DNA from: Takakia lepidozioides
Taxonomy: Eukaryota; Plantae; Bryophyta
Direction: 5' to 3'
Length of the DNA stretch: 64,000 nucleotides
Assembly: GCA_030704615.1 (NCBI GenBank)
Contig: CM060733.1
Location: 63,736,001 to 63,800,000 of the forward strand
Shown here: positions 27,063 to 39,534 of the stretch, one piece after another
How positions within the stretch are numbered: the stretch's first letter is position 1
How the letters are laid out: each line of letters begins with the position of its first letter
Notes under the pieces: model-generated
What the model saw: the letters and a program-made list of their open reading frames with translations, nothing else
Told to the model about the DNA's origin: nothing
The model's database searches: none
Translations under genes and position numbers: made by a program

Positions 27063-30000
27063 GGTTGTGCGATTGTTGAGTTGTAATTGGTGTTTGGGGG
27101 AATGCAGGTTGTGGGGGCGGGTGGCGTTGGGAGTATTTAGTACTGTTGGAGGTGCAAGAGGGGAATATATTAAGAGCAGTGTGTATACAAGTTATGGCCC
27201 TGCCTGGCCTGCGGCGAGCGGACGATTTTTTATATGTAGGGAGACTCTGCATATATTGGGTTTTAGTGAGATGGGCACGGAGTATCTGTTCATACATGTG
27301 TAGTGTGTGGTGAACTATATCTGTCTTGGGATGTGACCAGTTGAAGTGTACCGATGACAATGTGATGTAATTTGAATTTCTGTTGTGTGCAAGGGTTATG
27401 GTGGGGCGTGTGATTATGTGCCTCATAGGGGGCTGGTAGGGGGTGGGTAGAGTTAGATGTAGCTCGGGGAGCTGAATATTTATGTGTAGTGTAGTATGTA
27501 TTTTGGGGGGCTGGGTATTTTTGTGTGGGGTAGTATACGACAAGGGGGGTTGGGTATTTTTTTGTAGAGTAGCGTGTAGCTCGGGTGTTGCAGCGTGGGT
27601 GCAAAATGTGGGCACACAATAGATGATGTAAACAGGCAGTTGAATATAGGGAAATATCCGCTGCAGGGTCTCGTTGCAGATGATGTAAACAGATGGTTGA
27701 TTATAGGAAAATATGCGCTGTTGGTATCGGGTTTCAATGGTATGGGTACTGGATGTCTGGTCATATACATGTAATTCGTGTTTGGTTCCGTAAGCTTGAC
27801 ATGAGTATATCCCTTTGTAGGTATGTAGAGATAGAGGCAGCTCGGGGAGCTGGGTATTTTTGTGTAGAGTAGTATGCAGCTCAGGGAGCTTAGAGTAGAT
27901 GTGTAAATTTGTGTGCAACTCAGGGAGCTGGTAGGAATTGTGGGAGAATGTAAGCAGCTCAGGGAGCTGTGAGTAGGTGTGTGAATTTGTGTGCAGCTCA
28001 GAAGATGTGGGAGAATGCAAGCAGCTCAGGGAGCTGAAAGTAGATGTGTAAATTTGTGTGCAGCTCAGGGAGCTGATATGAGTAATTTTTTGTAAAAGGA
28101 AATTCACATATATCATGTGACAGTCATTGCAGTATAGCAGAAAAACATGAACCCTCCAACATACAAAAATACATGCACGTGGAAGCAAGTGAACGATATA
28201 ATAATATCTTAGTTCGAGCAAAACAGGTTACTGGTAGGCAAGACATATGTCGGACCTTTCTGTGGCCAGAGTCTGAGGTACTGGCAGCAGTACAGTTCTA
28301 CTATCCGAAAAGGATGGGCGTACCATTGTATTGGGACCGCAAGCCAAGCTCACTAGTCCCCTGGATCCATATTCAGAAGAGTGTGAACCTCCTGGGGGCT
28401 CAACCCTGGTGCATGTATGAAGTGATGAGTTGTGGAATTACAACGGAGTCTCTTTAGGTACACGTAGTACAAATGCTTGCAAGGGCAGTATGATGCCCTT
28501 TGGACGTGGATAGTCGTTGAGTGTAGCAAAGTCCATGAGCTCATGTCGAGTAGCTTGACATGTGGTGAGAATAGCCTGTTAATTCTGGAACTGCAAAACA
28601 TAGAGAAAACAAAAGGTGAGTGTGGAAACAGTGAGGCCAGTGTGGTGCAGAATTGAGTGTAGTTGGCGACATATGACATAAGGAGAAATAGACATGCGCT
28701 GTACATAGGGCAGGCAGGTTGGGCATACTTGTATTATTAATATCTTGACGGATGCATAGCAGGGGTCGGGGAGGACAGAGCTGGGCAGTGCACAAAGGTA
28801 TTACTTGGTAGAAAGGCGGCAGCGCGCAAAGTGGGTAGTGAGGGTGTTTAATATCTGGTGTGTGTTGGGAAGTGATAAACAGCGCAAGTAGTGTATACAG
28901 GGCAGAGTCAGAAGTCTAGGGCTTTGGAGGAGGGGCATGCAACTTATATGAAGGCATGATACGTAGGAGAGAGGGGGGTAAGCTGTGAGAGGTACCTGTG
29001 CTGGTGCTGGGAGATGGGTGATAAGAAGAATGGGGACCTGCACCTTGGCAGTTGGGGTATCGAGTCTTGAGTGATGGCGGAGCTGGGGCAGTGTGTTTTT
29101 GATACTGGTTTCGAGCATCAGAGTGTCGTGTGGGTTTGTGTGTCAGCTTCTGCTGGGCAATTGAGAGCCATTTGCGTGTAAGGGGCAACCCGAGGCAAGC
29201 CGATGAAACATCAGAGGGTGGTGTACAAACATTGTGCGAGATACGGGGGCTTAGAAAGAGGGAGGAAAGAATCAATGACTGATAGGGGGGTGTAGAGAGC
29301 TCCCTGTGCATAGGTGGGTAGTGCGGTAATGAAATTGAAGTGCCGCTGCTCCTGCTGTCCCTTCCGGATCGCCAGGGGAGTGTTATGGGCACCAAAACTG
29401 CCGGGTGTGAAGTGATCACCCTGGCCGTGGAACCAGCCGTACTCAAGAGACCAACCTGGAAGCCCCTGTTGGGGTGGGGTACCATCCCTACAATACCATT
29501 CCAGCCAGTTGAGCAGGCCCTGTTCGGTAGCCAGACGGGGGTAGAACCTTGGAGCATCCACGATGGTATCGCTGTAATCCTCCATAAACATAAGATGGAG
29601 GCCATCCGCTGTTAGGGCCGTGTACAAACGACTCACGGGGAAGGTCACCGTAGCACTAAACAGAGAAGGGCCCAAGAGCAACTCGTGTATCGACCAAGAG
29701 CACTGTAGAGAGGGTAGAGTGAGGGCCCCATCCGCCAGCGCAGATCAATCTGGGCCGCTTGGTATGGTCGCGGTTGATGAGAGGAGAGTCGAAAAGGCAG
29801 CTGACGCCTCCCGGAGGATTGAGAGGTCCCAAGAGGGGAGGTAAAGCTGGAGATGCTGAGGACGCTTAATCTTGGGCCAGCAAGAAGGCTATGTAAATGA
29901 GTAATAAGCCTGATCCAAGCTAGGTCCGGTTCATACCTTGTCATTGAGGTCTTGCTTGCCTGGGCCAAGGTAATTGTGCTTGCGCGCAGCTTCAAACGTT

Positions 30001-30714
30001 AGCAGGCCATTGAGAGGTCGCCTGGGGATTGAAGCCTCGCGCGTGGTGTGGTATGCGCTGGTGCGTTATAACCAAAAACTGCATATTGGGGGATGGTCGC
30101 CGTCTTCGTGTTGGATTTGCCACACCCGAAGCCCAGCGGGGGCGCCTTGCTCCACAGTCTAGGCCACCAAGGGGTCTCTTTGTTGTAGAGGTACTTTCCT
30201 GCCGGGGATATAGTACTCGACCATGTTCTTGTGAGAATCGTTGGTGGGCCAATACAGATAGAACTCGGTTTGGAGCAGAAAAACTGTTGCGTCGAAGAGC
30301 TGGGGGGGTTGGGGACGCCTGGAAGAGTGCCTCCACACTTCATGCTCGAAGCAGGTCGGTAGATGGCGGGGAGAATCATGTTGTGCACGGGTGTGAAAAA
30401 TTTCACAGAATCTTGCAAAGTGATACTTAAAGGAAGCACAGTGGTCAAGCCATAAATGGCATACCAATATCTATCCTGAGAGTGGAGCCTTCGCTGCTTA
30501 GCAGCACGACGGGAGCAGAGCTTGGCCATGGCGGCGGGCTTAGCTAACTTTAGAGAGGGCTAGAACGGCGGTGATGCCAAACGCAGCGTGCGGGAAGACA
30601 AGAAAACTAGAACATCTGGCGAAACCCTAGGAGATAGTCATAGCTAAAAGCCTGGCTAGGAAGTAGCAAAGGGGTGTGGAGGGGGGGCGGAGCGCCACTC
30701 CGCTCGGACGTTTT
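27061..30714 (-). mobile_element. Probable 5' portion of a large LINE-like element with a decayed unknown ORF and low-complexity repeats
   Basis: GC-rich leader, ATG at 30529 and a ~450-codon interrupted frame (to ~29150). It continues into C/A-rich His/Thr/Pro-coding sequence with the same strand composition as the other LINE pieces. No diagnostic domain seen. Confidence 0.4.
27835..28078. repeat. Minisatellite, ~33-bp units (CAGCTCAGGGAGCTG core)
   Basis: At least 7 units, translating on the minus strand as QLPELHTNxHxYS-like repeats. More diverged units continue to ~27460. Confidence 0.85.
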
Positions 30715-30751
30715 TGCCCAATGGGAGAAGAGATAGAAGGGGGGGGGGGAG

Positions 30752-31354
30752 ATCAAGATCTTTCACAGTGTTTTCATTCTTTGATAAATCTACTATAGAT
30801 TGTTCTGAATCGTATCCTCGAAAGTGCCTCCACTCATCGAAAGCATTTTTGGCCCATAGTTCTCCATGTTTACTTGCTCTTCGGCCTCATGTATTAATAT
30901 CTCTAATTCTTTTTCATTGACATCAAGGAACCGAGAATTTGTACATACATCAACAGTCTGAGTAGGAGACTGACACTTTGCGGGAATAGGAGAATCAGGA
31001 GACTCATGACGAGGAGCACCATTAGCAACATCGAAATCCTCTACATTGAGGGACACAAGAGGATTGTAGAAATTCACAAACAGACAAGACTCATCTTCTA
31101 GAGGTAATTAAGGAGATTCAGGTGATTGCAGATAAGCTAGTTTCATCATGCCATATCGACTTCACGCCTAAATTGATATCAACATCAATATCATGCTCAA
31201 GTTTAACAGAGGCTGGATCGTCAGCAACTGATTGAGAATGAAGTTGCGAGTGAATCATTCCGCGCAACACATCAAAGCTCGGTGAATCAATTTCCTGACC
31301 AAAAGCAACATCACTGCAAAGCTTCTTCGAAGCTGGCTCCTCAAAAGAAGACAT
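30752..31354 (-). pseudogene. Crypton/DUF3504-type tyrosine recombinase N-terminal fragment
   Basis: SRFLDVNEKELEIL followed, after a frameshift, by ..LWAKNAFDEWR.., matching the RF..v.e.el....nT...T.WA..F..W pattern of CryptonA/DUF3504 proteins. Truncated at ~30750 before any catalytic residues. Confidence 0.5.
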
Positions 31355-31917
31355 GAGATGAGAAATACGTGCAATGCAATCCACGATTGAGCAACAACCG
31401 AGATAAGTGGAGCAACAAGAGCAGCGCTCAAGCGGCAAAAGCGCCGGCGCCAAAATCAAACAGGACAGGATAAATAAAAGAAAGCCACAGGCAAGAGGTG
31501 ACAAGAGAAAGTACCGGCAAATCCGGAACGGAAAGACAAATACGAAGGGTCTCTCGAGACGGGTACCAATCTCGGAAGGGAGGCCCTTCTTCTATAAAAA
31601 AAAAAAAAAAAAAAACAGCCTTGCCTTGGCGAGCCAAGCCATAGGCGGCCCGTAACGTGTTTAGCCGGTCGCTTTGCCCTAAATCGAGAACAGGTAGTAG
31701 CCGGTGGGTGGCTCCTATGCGCATGTTTTGTTTCTTGGAGGAAGGCACCAGTAAACGTTACCACTTTGATTGACGATTCGCTCATATTACGCTCGCGTGG
31801 GGAGTTATAAGCGGTGGATCTCCTCTCATTCTTGTGGGGCTATCGGACACAACTCCCTCAAAAGTGGCGTAGGAGCACGGAAAGCCGCCGCAGGGGGGAC
31901 AGCGGAGCCAATCAGCA

Positions 31918-34900
31918 ATGGCAGGGGAGCTACAACAGCAGAAGCGAGATGCAGCGAATTCATATGATTATGAGAAGGATGAACGCTGGGCTGATTACTG
32001 GTCCAATGTGCTCATTCCGCCCCACCTGTCATCCCGACCCGAAGTCCTTCGCTATTTCCAGCTCAAATTCTACCAGCGCTACATCGTATGGTTATTCTCT
32101 CTATCCACGCTGCTGGCCCGCATGTAAACCCTAAATTTGCAACTACATAGTCTATTCTGCTTTTGCAACTATTGTACTATGGAATTTGCTAGGCTACTTT
32201 GATAGTACAAACAGCCAGCAAATCTTGAGGCCAGGTACATTTTGCAAAAAATTGGTCACAATCCTTGAACCCAGATATGGAAGAATCCTGATATAGTCTG
32301 GACCACCCTAGGGAGAATAAGTGCAGTACAGATATTTAGCTATAGTGACTTTGGCGCCTCATTTCTGGCGAAGACATCACTAGAACCGCGATGACACTTT
32401 TCGTGCCCATCACACATTCGTTTATGATCTAGTATCGACAAGGGGAGCCGAATAGCAATGTTCTCAATCGTTATCATGTTTGTTTTCAATAAGAATCAAG
32501 TCAATAACTGAAGCTTGGGAAATTCAGACAGGGTGAGTGTTTGGGTGTGGAAGCGAAACTCTCGGTGTACAGTCTAACCGCACACGTATTAAGTAATATT
32601 TATGTACATTAGTAGTTTTTGTTCTGGCGGAAAATCGCCAGATTTCGACCTGAAAAATGGGTCTGCTAGTTGTACAAAGGAATTATGGGGGGTACAATCC
32701 GAAAATTTGGCCAAAAAGTGCCATTAGTTGAATATCAGGAGCCTAATTTTGGCGATGTGGACCAGTTAAAACATGCCACCTGGTATATAGCCACCTTTCT
32801 AACCCTGCCACCTCGTTATTCTTGCCAACTGGGCACTGGATAGAAATCACATGTGGCCCCCGCCTGTCATTTTGGAAAAATGAAAAGAAAAACACTGATC
32901 TACATCCCGCCACACCAGGTCTCCCTTGGGCCACTTAGTTTTGGATGTAAGAATCTGGTTCTTCAAGATCCATCAATGGAATTATAGAAAAGGGGAATGC
33001 CATCCTTGTAGTTGTGGCTGGGGATTTGACATCAAATCATTGCAGGTTGGAATGTTTGAGGAACTTCCATCCTATTGTTACATCAAGGTTTCAATCATTT
33101 CTCCAAATATTAATATATGTTAATTCATGAATGCCTCAGACATTGGGAAGGGGATGCATTTAATGTGATGGAAGGGGCTGCAATGTTAGCGAGTTATTGT
33201 GCTGTTTCTGCACTTCATCAGTGCAGCAAAAGGTTCCTGTCATCGCTTCTCACATCCCGAACTTTTAGTCTGTCCTTGAGATTCCAGAAGTGTCCCAGGT
33301 TCTGCTTTGTTCCATGCAAGCAGCTATGTTACCTTGAGGCTATTACAACGAAGGGGATATGTTATGTTTCTTCAACAGGATTCAGATCTGGAGGTGAAGC
33401 CTCTGTCAAATATCACGTCTGCAGCTGCTCCTACCCCGTCTTGGTCATCACTGACAGAGCATCAAAGGCCACCAAACTCAGGTGTTTGGCTTTTCTTTGG
33501 GTACCTGCACTTTATATTATTCTGAGCTTACTTCTGATTGATGCATGTGTTGGGAGAGCACATTCTTGTTGCAAATTGTCAAACTTGTTGGGTTCTGCGA
33601 AGGTTCCACACTGTAGTTTCCAAATCTAGTGCATGGGGATTCCCTGAGTATTGGGATCCTTATAACAGTATAAGCTTGGCCATAACAACCAATTGCCAGT
33701 TCCCTTACTTATTTCAGTCTGTCTACTACAACTGGACAGACTTATTCAGGGGCGCAGGTTCCTCTTTGGCAACCTGATTCTTGTGAAGTCTCACATTATG
33801 CATATCTATTCGTATCCAAGCTGGATTCTGAGCACCTTTACCCTCCATGAATAACCCAGCAACTATTGAGAGTGGTGTGCTTGCTGTTAAACTTGGTGTA
33901 GTATTCCACTTGGCTGACATCTCACGGATTATCCTCAATGCCGAAAGACCTGACTGCTGTATGTGGCAGACCTCTTATGGCGGTCAAGCATGAAGTTATT
34001 CAAACATGCTATGTTAGCTGCCCATGGCAGCGCAGGGCACATGTTGGGCAGCAGGGCCCTGCCAAACCTGTGAATAAATTTGTGCTTGCCTAGTAGGCGT
34101 CAGCCACATGGCACCCCATCTAACTGTGTATTGGAACTAACTGTGTGCTATTGGAAAGTTACTAATGGAAACATAAATCACAGTCCCCTACAAGTCGACC
34201 TGAAACCATTGGCAGCACTGTGAATCAACTGCTATTGCTAAGCTTTTATCCTACCCAGTCTCAGTCCCATCATGAAAGATTGTGTTGTTGATCACTAAAA
34301 GTACATTCTTCCAAATGTTGTAAATCTGGGAACAGGTCGCCAAACTCGCAATAATGGGGGAGACAGCACCCACCAGTCTGGACCAGCACCTACAGCATCT
34401 ACTGGCAGGCTGAGGCTGGACCAAAAATCTTTCCAGTTTTTGAACAATGCCTGGGTCTTTCTCTCTCTCTCTCTATTTTATCTCTCTTTTATCTTAACCT
34501 ACAGCTTTTCTCTCTCCCTGTCTCTTTTAAGTCTTGACACTAATTTAAACTCAGGGGAGGAAGCCTACCTTTGAACAGCAAACAGAAGCAGAGAGGAAAG
34601 GGAGAGTGCAATTGCCCGTTGTGTGGGCAACCTGAAGACAATATTCATTTCCTGATTCATTGTCCGGGGTTCTCTCACGAGAGAGACGCTCTCTTCAAAT
34701 CTATCAAGGGAATTGTGCCTGTACCTCTGTTTACCAACTTCGAAAGTCTCGAGGCTGAGCCAACAGCCCAGGCCCTTTTGGGGCCTAGTTATTGGGCAAA
34801 CCACAGGTTGCTTTTGTAAAGGGATTTCTAGAGGATATCTGGAAAACCCGGATCAATTGTTTATTCCAAGGTAAGTCTTGCTAATGGCGTCAGCCCCTGA

Positions 34901-37900
34901 CAAAGGTAGGTTCCGTCCCTTTGTGTTCCACTCAAACTGGGCGCGGGGTCAATGGCCACAAGGCTACGGCAAACAACGTCTTATGAGTACATTCTTTTAA
35001 GTGTTGGATTCTCAAGGATCTGAATCTAAGGCCGCAAGTCTTGACCCTGCTGGATAAATCTGACTTAGAGGCTGTAGTGTCCAAAGCCATGTCTGTTGCC
35101 AGGAAATTGTCTGATGAAAATGATGTTAGGCAGAAAACTTCCCTGAACTTGTTTCCAGTCTGTGACATGGGGGAGATGACCTCAAGGGTTTACCCACTCT
35201 CGGCTCTAGACTGAAATCTAAACTCATGCCGGGAAGCCTACCCTTGAACAGCAAACAGATGCAGAGAGGAAATGGGGATTGCAAATGCCCATTGTGTGGG
35301 CAACCTGAAGACAATATTCTGATTCATTGTCCTGAGTAATCACCAGAGAGACGCCCTCTTCAAATCCATCAAGGGATTTGTGTCTGTACCTCTGTTTACC
35401 AACTTTGAAAATCTCGAGGCTGAGCCAAAAGCCCAGGCCCTTTTGGGGCCTAGTTATTGGGCAAATCACACACAGCAGATTGATGCTTGTGTAAAGGGAT
35501 TTCTAGAGGATATCTGGAAAACTCGGATCAATTGTCTGTTCCAAGGTAAGTTGTACTACCGGCGTCAGCCCCTGACAAAGGTAGTTTCTGTCCCTTTGTG
35601 TTCCGCTCAAACTGGGCGCGGGGTCAATGGCCGCAAACGTCGTCTTACGAGTACATTCTTTTAAGCTGAGCTGTAGGGGGTTGTGTGCAAAGCCATTTCT
35701 GATGCCCAAAGACTGTCCGATGAAAAGAAGTTAGGCATAAAACTTCCCTGAACTTGTTTCCAGTCTGTGACATGGGCAAGGACCTAAGGCTGATCTGAAG
35801 GGTTACCTACCCCCAGCTCTAGACGGAAACTTAAACTCAGGCCTACCTTTGATCAAGAAACAGATGCAGAGAGGAATAGGAGATTGTAACTGCCCGATGT
35901 GCTGGCAACCTGAAGAGTATCCATTTTCTGATACATTGTCGGAAAGGTAGTGTCTGGTCCCTCTTGTTCCACCCAAATTGAGTGGGGGGTCTATGGCCCC
36001 AAGGCTATGGCAAACAACGTCTCATGAGTTCATTCTCTCTCTCTTTGTTTAATATGTGGATCTTAACCGGAACTCTTTGGACAGTTTGTCGGTCAACGAA
36101 GGTTATGGATGGGGCTGGCTATGATGGAAATATCATATGAAGGCTGCTGATCAAACCCGTCTGTGTTTTAATTTCCTTCCCCATGCCTTTTTCCTTCGCT
36201 TTCCTTCTCTGCTTGTTTGAAGGACTCCGTGGCCCGTCCTCTTTTAGGCTCACTCAGATATATATTGCAGGACCTGCAAGTGTATTGCAATAGGTGATCA
36301 AATTGCACCTAGTTCTGTTCCCAGCCTACATGGTGGAAGACTTGAGCCAAGCTGTGCTTCATTCTCACATGGTAGCTTTGGTGGGTTGTATGGCAGGTGA
36401 TAGTGATGGCAGTGCTGACCATTTTCCCATTGACACCACAAGGTCTCTCAGACCGTGCCTATCGCCTCTGTTTACTTGGCACAGCTATTGCTTGCACTCA
36501 CTCCTTGTACCTTCTCCATGAGGTACAAAGCTCTGTTACATGTTTACTGCACTCGTTTCTATTATCTGGTACTGTACAGGAGTAGGGATTCGTTGTCTTC
36601 ACCAGTTGATTGTGATGCGTTACATTTTTACACAAATGCTTTGGCATTCTTGTTCCGTGTTTTTAAGGCACATTGTCAAGTTGCAAAGAACAAGTAGTTG
36701 TTACAAAGCATCCAACAGATGGCCCAGTGGTTAGAGCACAAGGCCGCCTTACAAGTGGTCGTGGGTTCAAAGTTGGTGAAGTGACACCATAAGTTATGCT
36801 TGCTTCAGCAAGAGTCTTCCTCCTCTCCTCCATAGTTGTTAGACTTGTTGAAGGGTTGACAGAGCACACCATTGTGTAGAAACCACGGACATGGAATTTG
36901 CAAGGCCTGCAAACTTGGATGCAGAGCATAGTGCCAACAAAGGACTTTCTGTCATTTCTCTTTTCTGTCATCTTCAGCTCATCAATGGTGCCCATCAAAT
37001 GTGAGTTTCTAATCTAGTTCATTGGACATTCTGAAGTCGACATTCTAGCCTGGAAATTCTGTCATGATCACTATTGTGTCTCAAAAACTGGCAAAAATGA
37101 TGTTTTTGGCCAATGATTATTTTGAGAGAGACCTGGGTCTTCTTCAGTGGAGTCACTCCGATGTATTACTCAACTAACACAATGATATATGGTTACTGGT
37201 GGACAAAATTATAGATAGTAAGGGAAAGTGGGAAAGTCGAGGTCAATATTGTTGAGCATAAAAATAAAGGTCCAACTCTCTGTCTTTTAAGCTTTGTCAC
37301 TTATCCGGACAAGTTGAGCACAGTGATCGCATAAAGCAATTGAGGCTTTTATCCAAGCAAGGCAGCTATTCATGGCTGCTATAGAAAACCATCTTTCTCT
37401 TGCAGGCTAGACTAGGAAGATGGGGATGGTCTTATCAGATACGAACAGCAATTATAACTTCTTTTGATTTTAGGAGAGCTACTGTCAGATTTCTTTTTTA
37501 TGCTCCTCAGGGCATTGGCAGTTGTAGTGGTTCCAGTGCTTTATCAATCGCGTAGTGCACTTTCTGTGGCACAACTCCAGCCGCACCCATCCTTATGATT
37601 AGTTCCTTTAGTTACGGAAAAGGTACTGAGGGAATCTTTTTGTTGTTAATGCGGCTCTGGGCATTGGCAGTTGCGGTGGTTCCAGTCCTTTGTCGATCGC
37701 TCGAGCAAGTAGCATACTTTCTGCGGCGCAACTTCAGCAGCACCCAGCTTTATAAGTACTACTCTCACAGAGGTGTTCCACTACAAGGATTAGCAATGCT
37801 TGGCTGCATATCTGAACGAGGCATTGAAACTTAGGCATTCCCTTGATCAATAGTTGTTTTTGGGCTGCTTGTTGGGGGCCCCACTCTTTTGCTTGTTTCA

Positions 37901-39534
37901 TGCTTTCTCTTTGTCCCAGAAGCTCTTTGAGCTTGCCTCAGACATTATAAAGGATCATTCCATTTCTTTCCTTTCTTAAATTCTCTGGCATATGTTGATC
38001 ATCAAACAGAGAGGAGAGCAGGAAAGAGTGTGAGATGTCTATTCAAAGTGTGTCTCTTTGCATTCTCCATCCCAATGTGCAGATACGACGATGATGTATT
38101 TGGTTCCTGGGTTTGGGTTTGGGGTCACAGAAAGTATTTGCAGCACCCATGTGTGATGCTGGTGAACAATGCGACTGCACTGCACATGATGAGTGCCAAC
38201 TCTGAAATTGCGATTGGATTTCTCCTCATCTTCTTGATTGTCACGTAAATCCCTTTCCCTTCCAAACTTGCATCCCACAAACAGGATCAGGAGTGGTATC
38301 CTTACTTTCTTTGCAGTGGGCATAAAGAAGTGGAAGTTGGATGTGTATTCTATTCTTTGTATCTATATTCTCGGTGGTGGTACAAGGATGGCTGGATGGT
38401 GTTCAGGGTGATGTTTTGCTTACCTGCATGTGTTGCTTCTCGTAAAGAGCTGACTTTTAACAGCCAGTAGTTGAGCCTTTCTAGGATTTGGGAGTACGAA
38501 GTGCTGGTCAACTACAGCAAGATTCCACCCTTGGTTTTTAGGGAATTTCCAATAACTATCAGTGTACTTTGTTTGAAATACTCCATCAACTGTATTTGGC
38601 GTTTGTACGTTCTGTTGACAGTATGTTTTATGTCACTATTTGGTCTATGTCACACCCCACACAGTTGTTACTGACGTCCATTCTTTGTATGTGGGTGCAG
38701 CCCACAGCGGAACTTGGTACAGGCTTTGATCTACTGGCAGGTTTGGCACCCTATCTCGTCCCTCTGAATACAAAATATGCTGCAGACTGTCTCCATTATA
38801 ACTGTAAGGATAGGAGTGTCACATGCCAGTTTTGGCAACGCTTGAATGTCGGGTAGGCAATTTAAAGAGCTGGTCTGAAACTTAAGCATTGGGTCCCACC
38901 CCAAAAAGGGGGCAGTAGCTGTAAGGTGAAGTGGCGCTTAGTTACGCTGGCCTTGTCCAGAGTCTTCTCCCTTAAGCTTTGGGAATACCGGGGTTTGAAT
39001 CCTTTCCATCAGCAAGTAGGGCCTTGAACTGCCTAGTTACACAGACTGATAATTACTGTGCTCGGAGTGCCAAAGAGAAGGTGGTCCAAATGTAATTATG
39101 TAGACAGTTTTTCCTAATATTGTACAATAGTTTGAAGACATTTTCTTCATCACCAAGTACTGTTAAAGAACCCCAAATCAGCTATTCATATGCATGGCAC
39201 CAAAATTGTAGCCTTGATTATGGAGTACTGGTGGCCCCAGGGGCACTAGTCCCAGATCCTTGACTTGGGCAATTTGGATAGATGGGGATGTTGTTGGACA
39301 TGAACTACTTTCTGATAGAACTTGTGTTTATTGGCCTCAATGTGGTAGGCTGACTGTAATTTGGTGTTGGTGATGATTCAGCTATTGAAGCTGAAGTATA
39401 GAGCACCGGGCACCTCTACTTATCACCAGAACTCATGGGCACGGATAGGCATGCGTTTGAACCCGTTGATTCACGGCTATGCACCATTTCTGGAACGTCC
39501 GATTGAATATGTATGTGGTTGGTTCCTGAACTAG
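31918..39534 (+). CDS. TMEM33/Pom33-family membrane protein (plant At3g02420-like)
   Basis: Exons ~31918-32085 (YDYEKDERWADYWSNVLIPPHL..KFYQRYI), 33379-33481, 34336-34454 (LRLDQKSFQFLNNAW), 36397-36522, 36880-37000, 37671-37755, 38131-38244, 38701-38740 (IYWQ) and 39382-39534 (LLKLKYRAP..YHQNSWARIG..YAPFL..WFLN*), with GT-AG borders. Confidence 0.88.
32610..32897. mobile_element. Possible small non-autonomous DNA element (MITE-like) in intron 1
   Basis: Imperfect inverted ends TAGTAGTTTTT..GGCGG / CCGCC..AAAAACACTG. No clear TSD. Confidence 0.3.
34532..36045 (+). mobile_element. Three head-to-tail 3' fragments of an RTEX/L2-like LINE in an intron
   Basis: Units ~34532-35001, 35002-35666 and 35667-36045. 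Each has C-x2-C..EDNIHFLIHC (or a decayed version) and a C-terminal G(R)GVNG.KA(M/T)A, ending GAGT(A/T)CATTCT. Confidence 0.8.
36703..36832 (+). mobile_element. Short, internally deleted tRNA-derived SINE with the same LINE-type tail
   Basis: A box TGGCCCAGTGG, B box GGGTTCAAA, tail GTGAAGTGACACCATAAGTTATGCTTGC-TTCA-GCAAGAGTC followed by CT-rich sequence. TSD TAGTTGTTA. Confidence 0.7.
37511..37595 (+). repeat. Degenerate tandem duplicate of the TMEM33-like exon at 37671-37755 and its acceptor
   Basis: ggcattggcagttgtagtggttccagtgctttatcaatcgc... versus ggcattggcagttgcggtggttccagtcctttgtcgatcgc... Confidence 0.8.
38894..38969 (+). mobile_element. Minimal (~76 bp) insertion of the LINE 3' structure only
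   Basis: CCCACCCCAAAAAGGGGGCAGTAGCTGTAAGGTGAAGTGGCGCTTAGTTACGCTGGCCTTGTCCAGAGTC. TSD CTTAAGC(A/T)TTGGG (38881-38893 / 38970-38982). Confidence 0.8.

Noticed and set aside
26896-28221. 441-aa ORF as a host gene
   Set aside because: It is open because of low-complexity repeats, and it runs through the (CT)n tail into the opposite-strand LINE end.
33630-33760. Extra exon of the TMEM33-like gene
   Set aside because: AG/GT sites exist, but the family-like segment (LRLDQKSFQFLNNAW) is supplied in phase by 34336-34454.
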